Shown here in pieces: positions 52,116 to 64,000 of a stretch of DNA of 64,000 bases (position 1 is the stretch's first letter; the number at the start of each line of letters is the position of its first letter). A program made the position numbers and the translations under genes. A model generated the notes under the pieces. It made no database searches, was not told the DNA's origin, and was given only the letters and a program-made list of their open reading frames with translations. Origin of the DNA: Malacoraja senta (taxonomy: Eukaryota); NCBI GenBank assembly GCA_038087875.1, contig CM075993.1, positions 9,424,001 to 9,488,000 of the forward strand. Reading direction: 5' to 3'.

Positions 52116-52290
52116 TGACAGAAGTACTAGGTTTTTAAATTTTGACATACAACACACCAAGAGCTGTTTCCCTGTGATATACTAATTCTGTCAGCCAGCT
52201 GAATTATAGAACGGAAGATCAGAGATGAAAAGCCTTCAGTTGACAGAAACTGACAGCATAGTCTGCTGTTGCCGGAATAGTTGATGACAG
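52116..52290. promoter_or_regulatory. Cluster of five TGACAG (Meis/Pknox/TGIF-type) motifs in non-repetitive sequence; candidate enhancer
   Basis: TGACAG at 52116, 52241, 52251 and 52285, CTGTCA at 52188; TGATTTAT (Pbx-Hox-like) at 51972. Motif evidence only. Confidence 0.3.
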
Positions 52291-53151
52291 GAGTATTGTA
52301 GACCTGCTGACAACTGTTTGCACTTTTGGCAATTTAGTGTAATCTCCTGAAACAGTGTGCTGCGATTCAGTAAAAAAAACAATAGGTAAGAGCAAATAGA
52401 GAGAGTAGAACACTTTGTGAATGTCAGCAGTGGCAGAATGAATGGCACTCTTTGAGTCTCCATCCTGCTCCAGAAATTACAAAGAGTAGGTGGATACTCA
52501 CTGTTCAATGCACACATGGAGGTGAAGGCCAAAGATCAGCTTTGGTGAAGGCTGCCCTCTGCTACAATGTAAGTGATCACTGAAAGAAAATGCTGGATAA
52601 ATTGCAGGTGATTTCTCTTGGGGCCAATCATTTACGTCTCAACCAATATCTCAACTAATTTTTGTTTCATTGCTTTTTGTTGCATCTTTCTGTGCACAAA
52701 TTGACTACTATGTTTCAGACATTCCAGCAGTGATTTCACTGAAAAACAATTTAATTATTCATTGAATACATCAGGGCGTCCTGTAACGTCTCCTGAAGAA
52801 CGAGTTTCTTCTTTATTAAGTCTTCTTACATATTTGTAATTTTCCTTAGTTTTGTACTAGCTCTTGTACAAATCAACTAAAGCATTAGCAGTTTTTGGTT
52901 GGTGTTTTGTATATAGATTTCCAAAGGAATTTGTCAAGGACTCGAATACATGACATGTTAAAATTAAACCCCATAAGTTTAAAGTGACAGAGGTATCATG
53001 TTTCTAATGTCGCTAAAGTATTGTACATAGTTATGAATTGGCATCAGTACCACTTCTGAGCTGTGTGGCAGATGCAATTTGGCGAAGGATGATGTGGCTG
53101 ATTTTGTACAAACGACCAAGTTTATACAAGATAAATCAAAATTTTAAAGCA

Positions 53152-53446
53152 GGTGCAGGAACAGTGGCACAGCGGTAGAGTTGCTGCCTTACAATGCCAG
53201 AGGCCCGGGTTTGATCATGACTACGAGTGCTGTCTGTACGGAGTGTGTCCGTTCTCCCTGTGACCACATGGGTGTTCTCCAGGTGCTCCGGTTTCCTCCC
53301 ACATTCCAAAGACGTGCAGGGTTTTCGGTTAATTGGTTTCTGTAAATCGTCCCTAGTGTGTAGGATAGAACTAGTGTACAGGTGAACGTTGGTAGGCACG
53401 GATTCAGTGGGCCGAAGGGCCTGTTTCCAAACTATCTCTAAATCTA
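53152..53446 (+). mobile_element. HE1-type V-SINE, full length
   Basis: A box tggcacagcgg, B box gggtttgatc, V domain ggtgctccggtttcctcccacattccaaagacgtgc, CR1-like tail gggccgaagggcctgtttcc..(ctaaat)n. Confidence 0.9.
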
Positions 53447-53829
53447 AGCAGCAGTTCTTGGTGGTGGTAAGACAGTTAAAAAGGGTATTTAGGAGAAAAA
53501 AACATACATAGGAAACTTTAGCTTTATTGATAGTGACAGAGTACAAAGGAAAGTTATGCATTTTGAAAACACTTTGAGACATCTGCTGAAGTATTGTGTT
53601 CAGTTTTTGGAAGCATGCTTTTGGAAGGGTGCGAAGACCACAGAGAAGGCACAAAATGATTTATTAGAAGAGTACCAAAGATGAAGAGTGCAGAAGCTAA
53701 AATAGTTCTCTGGAGAGGGGAGAAGATTCAGAGATTTGTTCAAAACCATAAAGTTTTTTAATCAAATGATGAGATGTTGCCAGAAGAGTTGGTAAACAGA
53801 CCACACAATTCAAGAAGAAAAGAACCAGG

Positions 53830-54015
53830 TGACATCAGCCAATTAATATACCAACTAGCATATCTTTGGAATTTGGGAGGAAGCGGGAGCATCCAGAGGG
53901 AAGCCTTGTAGACACAGAGAGACCGTGCAAACACCACTGGGACAACCATCAAGATCAGGATTGAACCCGGTCTCTGTCACCTGTAAGCAGTGACTCTACC
54001 GGCGGCACCATCGTA
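53830..54015 (-). mobile_element. Older V-SINE remnant
   Basis: ctttggaatttgggaggaagcgggagcatccagaggg...caggattgaacccggtctctg. Confidence 0.6.
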
Positions 54016-55039
54016 TCACCCATTGATAAATTCAAAGTGGACCAAATGGCCTCATTTGTCTAATATGAATCTCTGTGATTGCATTCTCCCAAGGGATCTT
54101 TAAGTAGAGTGATCTTAATATCTTTATGCTGCAAATGTTTTCACTGTTAATTTGGTTTGAATGAGCTGCCAATACAATCAGCCAATAATTGCCATCAATC
54201 TGTGATTGTTTCAAAATACAGTCCAATCAGTTAAATAAAGGAAAATAGCAGATTCAGCGATGGCTATCATTGAGCATTTCCTCTGTCCTAGACAGAATAC
54301 ATACCGATTGTCTAACTGTAGTGCGGACACAGTATTATTTTGTGTTGGGAGTACAGAATGTTCTGAAGGAGATTATTACATCACAAATGAGCACAAGCTA
54401 AAATAATTTAATGAGGGACAGCAAATAATTAAAGGTAATTGTTTGAAAGTTAATAAAGTCAAAGCATGCAAGAGAAATACTGCAAATTTTCCACATTGTT
54501 TCAAATGACAGCTTCCTGCTCCTTGGTAGCATGGACAAATCTGAGTTATCAGTGTGCTTTTCTCATCTAGCACTAGCATATTTCAACATTTCATTGCATT
54601 TGTTCTTAGGGTGTGGCCATTGTTGCAATATTGGAAATACTGCCACCATGCTGTGCACAGCAAGCTTTTGAATGTAGCAACATGCTGATGACAAATTAAT
54701 GTGTATTCGTAATATTGGCAAAGAGAAGAATTTCCCTACTTCAGACAGTGCTCATTAGGGGGTCATAATCCTCCTGTGCAGACACATGAACCTGCCTTAC
54801 ACAATTGTGAAAGACTTCAGATTGTCCCGCAGTCATTTTGTGGCAATTATTTATTTATCATGGCAATGTAAAATGTTCTGTCACGATATTGTAACCAGTC
54901 CTCTTCAAAAGAACACCTTTTTTTCCATGCTAATGTTGCTTTAATAAAGTAATCTAACAAAGGTTTCATGTAGATTAAGGAGCTACTTTAGGGGATAAAA
55001 GCTTATGGCCTGCGGGAAAAGATCATAAAAGAGGTCAGT

Positions 55040-55243
55040 GTGTAAGATGGAACTACAGATGCTGGTTTACACCGAAGATAGACACAAAATGCTGAGTAAC
55101 TTAGGCAGTATCTCGAGTGAAGGAATGAGTGACATTTTGGGTCGAGACCTTTCTTCAGACTGCAAGTCAGGGGAGAGGGAAACTGGAGATATGGATAGGT
55201 ACAAAGAGGCCGTCTTTGAAGAAGGGTCTCTTGTGTCTATCTT
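55040..55243. mobile_element. Inverted Penelope pLTR fragments
   Basis: Minus copy with ..gacctttcttcagactg at ~55150, plus short plus-strand piece tgaagaagggtctc..tgtgtctatctt. Confidence 0.7.
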
Positions 55244-56859
55244 GAACAAGGAGGTCTGTGTTGTTCTTTCAGGAATACATTATGGAGTTACAGCTTGTAA
55301 GACACATAGGGGGAACTTTATGTCATAAAGTATCTCCACAGAAGACTTCAACAGAGGGGCAATCATACTTAAGACGTTAAATGGGATTTAAATGTGTAAT
55401 TCATATTTCAAAGCTTTTCAACCAATAAATTACTTGTGAATGTTGTTGCTGTAATGCTGTCAAAAGTTGCTCATCCAGGTTCTACAAACAGCAAATGGGA
55501 TCAATGGTCAATTAATTTGCTTTCAATTAACATAATAATCCTTCCCGGGACTTTAGGAGATCTTCTGCTGTAGTTCCATGGGTCCTTCCTCATCTCCTTC
55601 CTAAAGGAACATCCTTTAATTCTGAGGCTATGACCTCTAGTCCTAGACCCTCCCACTAGTGGAAACACCTCTCCACATCCACACTATCCAAGCCTTCAGT
55701 ATTCGGTAAGTTTCAATGAGGCCTACCCTCATCCTTCTACACTCCAGCGAATAAAAGCCTAGTGCCGTCAAACTCTCATCATACAGTATGTTAACCTGAT
55801 CAGTTAGCGATTGATACTGATTACCTTTTTGCAGCTTCTTGTGAATTCTTTACATCCAAGAAACAGGTTACATTGAGTGGTGCTTAAACTAATGTTGATG
55901 TGAAAGTAGTGTCTTGTAATTAAACGCCTACATAGGTTTGAGGACAAGGAGGAGGTTGAAAGACAAACGTCATGTCTGTGGGAATTTCCTATTTCAATTC
56001 TGCAAACACATTTTTTGATGTCTGGGAAAGTTATATAAATTTTGCATTTTCTCATATTTAAAATTTGATGCTAAGGTGGTTTCCAGCCAGGATTCTGCTG
56101 CCAAATGGCCAACTCATAATTCAATCCTTTCCATTTCACATGCTATTTACGGATACATTTGCCAATATTAAGCAGTCGTCCACAATATTCAGCATTAGAA
56201 TGTGTAACTCACAGAGAGATGGTATGAGTCTGAGTTCTCTGGCCACCCGTCCCATCAGCTTGTGCACCTCTGCTGAGGATCTTGCATCAGTCTGAATGAG
56301 ACTGCCAAATGGAACAACTTTGAAGGACTGTGTGGGGAAAGTGGAAAAATTGACTTACTGAAACCACTTATTATCAATCTTGCCTTCTGTTAATGAATCA
56401 CTGGTAATTAATACTGCACAGAATGTAGAAACAAGGAACTGCAGATGCTGGTTTACCACAAAAAGACAAAATGCTGGAGTACCTCAACGGGTCAGGCAGC
56501 ATCTCTGGAGAATGCTAAGTTACTCCAACACTTTGTGCCTTTTTAAAACAATACTGCTGTCAACTGTGAGGTGAGGATTCACATTAACCTTATCTCAGTC
56601 CATGGTATTACATACTTACACGGAATCCACGACCACTTGATCCACATCAGCATTTATGCTCCAGCCATGCATTCTAACGTGGAATTTCATCTAACTCAGC
56701 AGTTCTATTCCTTTGCTCAATTACCTTTCTAGCTTCCTGTTAAATGCACCCGCACTATTTTCCTCAACTGTACCAAATATTAATGACTTCCACAATTTAG
56801 ATTTTTTTTAAAATGCCTGAATTTGTCGCTGCTTTCATTGTCACATATCCAGTGAACAT

Positions 56860-58560
56860 AGTGATTTCCTATCCCAATGGGCACAGTGCTTTCTAGGTTC
56901 AAAGAACACAGACTTTCTAGAGCCAGTGTACAAAGGATTTTTTTATACTTAGTAGATATAAGGTTTCTAGACTCAATGAACATTGGGTTTCCAGAATCAA
57001 AGACAAGGGATTTCTGCACTCATTAGACACAAACATTTCCAGACTCAATAAACACTGGGTCTTCAATCTCCTTAGACATGACCACACAGATTTTTTTTTC
57101 AGAGGATGTCTTCAGGCTAAATGTTCACAGAGCCTTCTTGACTCGGACAAGGGTTTTCCCGACTCAAAGGACATGAGGATTCCAAAGTTAATGGATGTAG
57201 AATTTCAGGCTCAATGGAAACATGAGTTTCAAGATTGTAATGGGCAGAGGATCTTCTACATTCATTGGTAACATGGCTTTCCAGTTTCAATGGACTCAAT
57301 TTACATAGTCAATGCATACATTGCTTTTGGGTCCCATTGGCCATGTGGTTTCCAGACATTTTATTTATTGAACCAACGATCAGCAGGCTTGCTGGACAGG
57401 GATTTCCAAAACCAATGAACACAGGACTTTCTGGACTCAATGAGCATGGTGGTTAGCAGACACAACACAGAAGTGGCCATCCAGGCTCAAAGTTTTCCAA
57501 ACTCTCTGAACATGGGCCTTTTCCAGTCTGATTGGATATGAATTCAACACCTGTCCACACTCGGTGAACACGAGGTGTTCAGATGTAGTGGAGACAGAAC
57601 GCGCATGGTGATTCCAGGTTCAATATAGTGAGGTATTTTCCAAAATTAATGGACACAGGGATTTACAGACTTAATGGACCAGAGGTTTCCAGAGTTGAAG
57701 GATGTTGGATTTTCTCATTTAAACATACAAAATCTAACAAGGTGCAATAGGGTGAATGCAGGGAAAGACTAGAATATCGTTTATGACCTTGATGAATGAT
57801 GAAACAGGCTCAATATGCCTACTCCTGATCCTAATTTTTAATGTTCTTTTGTTGTGGACTCAATGGGTAGGATGTGTTTTCTAGCCTCTGGACATGGGGC
57901 TATCCATATTCAATGGACAATAGATTTCAAACTCAATAGTTGTGATGTTTTCAAAGCCAATGAATACCGGAGTTCCTAGATCAAACAGATATGTTTTTGA
58001 GACTCATTGAACATGGGACTTTGCAGTTTCAATGTACGTAGCTTTCATGACCCAATGGACCAAAGATGTCCACACCCAATGGCTAAGGCTGTTTCCAGAC
58101 ACAGTGGACATGGGATTTCCAGACTCAATGCATACATATATTTTTGGGCCTAATCTACACAGCTACAAAGCTTTTCATACTCATGCAATTTGATGAGGCA
58201 ATGACACATTAGTTTCCAAACTCAACTGTACAAGAGGATTGCCTAATCCAATGGTATGAGTTGATCCAGACCACTTGGGACAGAGTTACAAGACCCAATG
58301 GACATGGGGATTCCTATTCTCAACGCTTTCCAGACTAAATGGATGGAGTTTTTCCACATTCAGTCTAACCAGACCCAATGGTCACATGATTAGCTTGACC
58401 CGAGACAAGCACTTGAATCTCCAATACATAGAAAGCTGTGGACCTAATGTGGGTAAATGATCTAGTGTAGATCGGTACAATAAAGGCATGGACGTGCTCA
58501 GCTGAAAGGCTGATTTCTGTGCTGGATGATTTGGTGACTCACGGAGTGCTTTCCAGACCA
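56860..58560 (+). repeat. Highly degenerate ~24-25-bp minisatellite (consensus ~GGATTTCCAGACTCAATGGACACA), interrupted by CR1 scraps
   Basis: Recurring tttccagactcaatg(g/a)aca units, e.g. at 56964, 57036, 57428, 57661, 58112 and 58327. Confidence 0.75.
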
Positions 58561-59534
58561 AATTGTATGATCAGTTCTTACATGACATTTATTTTCTTTA
58601 TTTAATTTTGTTGGTTCACATGCTTGATCAATGGTGTTTTATCATTAAAGTTTTATTATTATTAATGTTTAGTGTTTTCTGAGTCATTCGTAACTGTCAC
58701 TGTATGTCATGTTGTTACTTGTGGGCGGAGCACCAAGGCAAATTCCTTGTATGTGAACACTTGGCCAATAAACTGACTTACTTACTTACTTAATCTGCTG
58801 TTGCCTTCCCCATTGTTTTTTAAAAAACAATTAAAAATACTGCAGATGCTGGAAATGTAAAATAAAAAGCAGAAAATGTTGGAAATACTCAGCAGGTCTG
58901 GCCACATCTGTGGGAACAGTAACAGAGTTAATATTTCAAGTTGAAATCAAGGAGTTTTCGCCCTAAAACGTGAACTTTGTTACTCTTCCCACAGACACAT
59001 GCTGACCTGCTAAATATTTCCAGCATTTTTTGTTCTTTAATTCTCAGGTTAGAACACTCTGTACTTGTATGGTCAACAAGGATTCATGGTTTTAGTATTA
59101 AGATAGTCTTATAATGTGATTCTCACTGAAATATTTTTGATTCCCGTTTGCTTGTTATTCTAGCTTCAAACCTTGCCCTTTCTGTAGCCATTCAGCACAA
59201 CCAATCTCATCCAACCTCTTACTGAATTGCCAAATCTTTAATTAAAAACATGATAAACCACTTCTCTGGGTAAATTTTTGCTTCCATAAATTTTCAATCA
59301 CAAGTACATATTTAATGTAGAATAGGAATTTCTGCAGTTCAGTGTTAGTTTCCAAAAAATGCATGCTGCAAATTATAACAGCATGAAGCCTGTCCCAGTG
59401 AATCTTTATTTTCTTGCATGTGAGCCACACATTAATCCACTAACAATCTCAGTCAAGCTACTCTGGGAATCAATGTGAACATATTAAGGGCAGAATTGCA
59501 TTTAGTAGGAACTGTCCTTTCTTTCAGGTGTCAC

Positions 59535-59900
59535 CCATACCTCAGTAGCCACAGCTTGGCTCTGATTGAGAACGATGTGGACAGGTTCTAGTCGAGAAAC
59601 TCAATCAAATAATCTTAATCAACACCTCAGTGTACCATTGAAAGGATTCCTGTACTGTTGGAGGTTCTATTTTTCAGATGTTATTAAAATGTAAACCCAG
59701 ATTTTTAATACCAATAAAATCAAATAACAGGGAAGACTCCGAGTGATTCTGGGTAACATTTAACCCTCAACCTGCATCAATAAAAAAATAATATTAAAGA
59801 TGTTTGTGGGATCTTGCTATGCAGAATTTTACTGCTGTGATTCCTACACTTGTCATTCGTTGGAGCTAAAGCATTTTGTTTGTGCTCACAGAACTAAATG
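59535..59900 (+). mobile_element. DeuSINE (SacSINE1-like) remnant
   Basis: tgtactgttggaggttctatttttcagatg, tgtttgtgggatcttgctatgcagaatt. Confidence 0.55.
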
Positions 59901-59947
59901 AATACATTATTTTTATTTATTGAAAGGTAATGTTCTTCTTGTGATAT

Positions 59948-60056
59948 AGGGTTTCGGCCTGAAACGTTGAAGAAGGGTTTCGGCCTGAAACGTTGCCTAT
60001 TTCCTTCGCTCCATAGATGCTGCTGCACCCGCTGAGTTTCTCCAGCACTTTTGTCT
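59948..60056 (+). mobile_element. Penelope pLTR with tandemly duplicated hammerhead half (stem II with UUCG loop plus GAAACGUU)
   Basis: agggtttcggcctgaaacgttg-aaga-agggtttcggcctgaaacgttgcc. Confidence 0.8.
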
Positions 60057-61199
60057 TCCATCCAGACAAAGCAAGCTACTTATTTGGTATCCTATTCACC
60101 AATCTAAACATTTATTCCCCCCATCATCAGCACCAGTTAGTTGCAGTGCACACCATCTAAAATTGCCTGGTTTACTTCAACCACACATCCCAAATTTGAG
60201 ACCTTTCCCACCAAGGTACATGGAAACCATACCACCACTAGGTTCCCCATCAAGTCCTGCACAGACTTGACTTGGAAATATATTGTTATTCCTTGATTGT
60301 CACAGAGTCTAAATCCTGGAACTCCTTCTATGCTATGTTGGTATCTTGTCCAAAGTAATTGCAATGGTTCCTGAAGATGGATCACAAAGGTAAAAATAGG
60401 TCACAAATTACAAATAAGGGGATCATAATTCATCTCCATGGGGGTACTGAAATCATTAAATTACTCTCCTCCAGTTAATCCAGACAGCTGGACATTTCTT
60501 TTGAACCACAGAATGTTGACTCATTCACTTTACTAGAATATTATTTTCAATAACTGAAGTGTCAGATGTTTGAATGGTGACATAAGCTAACCAATGGACC
60601 TGATGATGCCCATTTCCAATTTTCTTTCCCAAACACGCTGATCGACACGTCAAATTGCATCCTCTTGGGCTTTAATCCTAAATTCCAGCAATAAAGTGTC
60701 TGCAACTGAAAATTCCACGTTTGTACTTAGAGGCTGATGTTGTTACTGTGGTATTTCTTCCCAGTAATGAAGAGACACTGAGACTTTTCAAAGGTATGTG
60801 CTGCACCCAGCAACCAAATGGGTAACACATCAAGGCGTTATTGCTCCCTGGCATCTTATAGCTGGCAATGTAGGATGTTATATTGTCCCTGTCTATTTAT
60901 GGCACTGTAAGTAACTCAAATTCTCAGCACTTTTAATCAGGAGTACAGTAGCAGAATTGTAGAACTATTGAAATTAATATAATAGAAATAAGTCATGCAG
61001 CCTTTGTATCTTATCTCCTATTCTTATTGGACGTAGACATCATTGGTTTATTCCTAAGTACCCCCAACCTAGATAGTCTGCTAAACATTTCATTATGTCG
61101 GTAAAAGCCAATCAAGTTGATGAGTCTGGAATTTTGCACAGAAATTGGTTTCAACAGCTCGAAGGGACACGTGTAGCTTCCCCACTATTCACTAATAAC

Positions 61200-61970
61200 A
61201 AATGCATTTGTTCAAGATGTGGGCTCTTATACATCGGTGAGACCAAACGTGGACTGGGCGATCGATTTGCTGAATACCATCACTCAGTCCGCCTGAACCT
61301 ACCTGATTTCCTGGTTGCTAAACACTTTAATTCTTCTGGCCATTCCCACATTGACCTTTCTGTCCTAGGTCTCCTCCATTGTCGGAGTGAGATTAAACAC
61401 AAATTGAAGGAACAGCATCTCATATTTCGCCTGGGCTGCTTACAGCCCAGTGGTATGAATATTGATTTCTCTAACTTCAAGTAACCCCGGCATTCCCTCT
61501 CTCTCTATCCCTCCCCCACTCAAGTTGCATCAGCTTCTCGTTTTCACATAACATACAGTTAACAATGGACACTTCTTCCCACCCTGCTTCCTGTAAGGAC
61601 TCTATCCCCTCCTCCCAATTCATCCGTCTACGCCGCATCTGCACCCAGGATGAGGTGTTCCAAACCAGGGCATCGGAGATGGGGGTTCCCCTCTTCGACT
61701 ATAGATGAGGCTCTCACCAGGGTCTCTTCTATACCCCGTAACTCTGCTCTCACTCCCCTACTCCCCCACTCGTAACAAGGACAGAATCCCCCTTGTCCTC
61801 ACATTCCACCCTACCAACCGTCACATACAATAGATAATCCTCCGACATTTTCACCACCTCCAACGGGATCCCACCACTGGCCACATCTTCCCATCTCCTC
61901 CCCTGTCGGCTTTCCGCAGAGACCGCTCCCTCCATAACTCCCTGGTCAATTCTTCCCTTCCCACACACCC
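61200..61970 (+). mobile_element. Penelope-like element fragments (GIY-YIG end followed by an RT-thumb segment)
   Basis: CSRCGLLYIGETKR.LGDRFAEY..VAKHFN..EQHLIFRLG.LQPSGMNIDFSNFK*, then SQFIRLRRIC-type sequence at ~61610. Confidence 0.85.
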
Positions 61971-62149
61971 AGAGGGGAAACTACACCTGCTTTATATATC
62001 ATTCATCATCATGCATGATCAGGAGCCCCCTTCTGTAATACAACAGGCACATAGAGGAACATAGAACAAAAGTTATGGACTTTGGGATATTTGCGGTATT
62101 CTTGGTTTAATTTCTGTTGCAAATCAAAAGCTGTAATGCATCCCAATAA

Positions 62150-62680
62150 AATTCGCCATAGAGCGCATTATATCGGGGTGCATCACAGCATGGTTTGGGA
62201 ACAGTTCCATCCAAAACATCAAGAAATTGCAAAGAATTATAGACGTGGCCCCGACCATCACGCAAACCAACCTCCCTTCCATTGACCCCATCTACACTTC
62301 ATGCTGCCTCAGCAAGACCACCAGCATAATCAATGACGAGTCTCACCCCGGACATTCAGGCAAGAGGTACAGAAGTGTGAAAACACATACCTCCAGATTC
62401 AGGGGCAGTTTCTTCCTAGCTGTTATCAGGCAACTGAACCATCCTATCACCAACTAGAGAGCGGTCCTGATCTATCTTCTACCCCATTGGAGACCCTTGG
62501 ATTATCTTTAATCTGACTTTACTGGAACTTTATCTTGCACTAAAAGCTATTCCTGTTATCCTGTATCTGTACACTGTGGACGGCCTGATTGTAATCATGT
62601 ACAGTATTTTTGCTGACTGGTTTGCCTGCTACAAAAAAGCTTTGCACTGCACCTCGATGCACATGACAATAAACTATTTT
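62150..62680 (+). mobile_element. Rex1-type LINE 3' end
   Basis: ITAWFG.., LPSIDPIYTSCC..SGKRYRSVKTHTSRFRGSFFLAVIRQLN; 3' UTR ending catgacaataaa. Confidence 0.8.
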
Positions 62681-62694
62681 GATAATATGAATAA

Positions 62695-63072
62695 TCTATA
62701 TATAACTAAAACTCCCATCTTGTATATATATTTGTTTGTATGTATATATATTTGTTTGTATGTATGTTCCCGAAATACAGCCAAAACGATACACGATAGC
62801 GCAACAATTTTAGGCCCACCTTACTCACTATTCGCCTGGGGTGTGCAGTTTCGTTCGATTTGACAAAGTAATTCCCTTAATAAATTTTAATTTAAGTTGT
62901 CTTTTTATCTTATAGTTCCGTGTTTACTTGACTGGCGTCACAAAGGGCACCCAATGGGTCCTCAGACGTGCCTGCGCAGTTGGGGGAGGGTTGCCGGGCC
63001 CACCACCATTTTCTGATCGCTAATTTTGACTGGCGTCACAATGGGGACCCAATGGGTCTGCGGGTTGTCTAG
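62695..63072 (+). mobile_element. Complete 378-bp non-autonomous Helitron
   Basis: A|TCTATATATAACTAAAACTCCCATCTTG ... GACCCAATGGGTC hairpin ... CTAG|T; inserted between A and T with no TSD. Confidence 0.85.
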
Positions 63073-63244
63073 TTATACATAAACTCCTGTACTACCTCAA
63101 TGAACTTACTTTGTTTTTCAGCAAGTAATCCAGTCAAGATAGTCATTTGGCAGCATTTCTGCAATAAGGATTCCATACAGACCATAGTCCATTTCACTCT
63201 TTCAGAGAAGATAACTTTAATACATTTCCTCCAATTATTGTGCT

Positions 63245-63657
63245 GTGCATAATTTTCTACAGATGCACCATAGACGGCATCCTATCCAGATGCATCACAG
63301 CTTGGTTTGGCAACAGCTTTGCCCAAGACCACAAGAAATTGGAGGGTTGTGGATGTAGCCCAGTCCATCACGCATACCAGCCCCCTCCCCCACCCCACCC
63401 CCATCTAATCCATCAACACTGCACACTGCATCAGGAAAGCAGCCAACATAATCAAGGACCACTCATACCCCAGTCATTCTCTCTTCTCCTCACTCCCATT
63501 GGACAAGATACAAAAGCTGGAAAGAAAGTACTGCCAGATTGAGGAGCAGCTTCTTCCCTGTCCTTATCTGACTTAAAATGACCTCTCATGTTGATTATGA
63601 GGTAATAGCAGACAAAACAAACATTTTCACTATATTTCGATGTATGTGACAATAAAA
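63245..63657 (+). mobile_element. Rex1-type LINE 3' remnant
   Basis: FYRCTIDGILSRCITAWFGN; tail tgtgacaataaa. Confidence 0.7.
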
Positions 63658-64000
63658 AATAGCAAATGCTTTTTTCTTAAAACAGATGTTGCCTGTTGAG
63701 TGTTTATGACATTTTCTGTTTTTACTTCAGAGTTCCAGCATCTCCAAGACTGTTCCCATATTACAGATTTGACTGAAGCACCATGCCATTTTTAAGCAAG
63801 TTTACGTAGTCAAGTGGGATGCACTCTTTGTGGGGTGTATGATATTCTAAATGTCAGTCCTGGTGAGCATTTCACCAATTGGCATTAATTACAAAATTAA
63901 GGACATGGGGAAGGAAAATGATGCCCAGAAATGTCTCCCATACACAAACCTGAATGTATGATTCAGAAAGTTTAGCAATGATAAGTGGGAAGATTATGAC

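Noticed and set aside
53152-53230. tRNA-like sequence
   Set aside because: It is the head of an HE1-type SINE continuing into a V domain and CR1 tail, not a tRNA gene; the same applies to 37590-37640.

Overview
Vertebrate, most likely cartilaginous-fish (skate/ray-like), non-coding DNA made mostly of nested transposable-element remnants. The taxon is inferred from HE1-type V-SINEs, HER1-type CR1 LINEs with (TTTCTATG)n tails and SacSINE1-like DeuSINEs. I found no host protein-coding exon, and every recognisable ORF is TE-derived. Highlights: (1) a complete, decayed 4.75-kb DIRS1 tyrosine-recombinase retrotransposon (12550-17299, minus) with ITRs, an ICR and ATT ends. It is inserted into an ERV-L-like gag whose reading frame is restored when the DIRS is removed, and that host element runs gag > start of protease > PPT > LTR with no pol, a MaLR-like layout. 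(2) About 15 Penelope-like pLTR copies carrying a minimal hammerhead-ribozyme motif, many as inverted pairs. (3) A foldback DNA transposon with an 8-9 bp TSD that carries this motif in both arms. (4) A nested/tandem cluster of non-autonomous Helitrons plus one complete solo copy. (5) A TGT..ACA element with 55-bp TIRs and a 5-bp TSD. (6) An invertebrate-type CR1-clade LINE. (7) A perfect 27-bp palindrome, a 1.7-kb degenerate ~24-bp minisatellite and a TGACAG (TALE-site) cluster. Coordinates were read by eye and family calls rest on remembered motifs; no searches were run.
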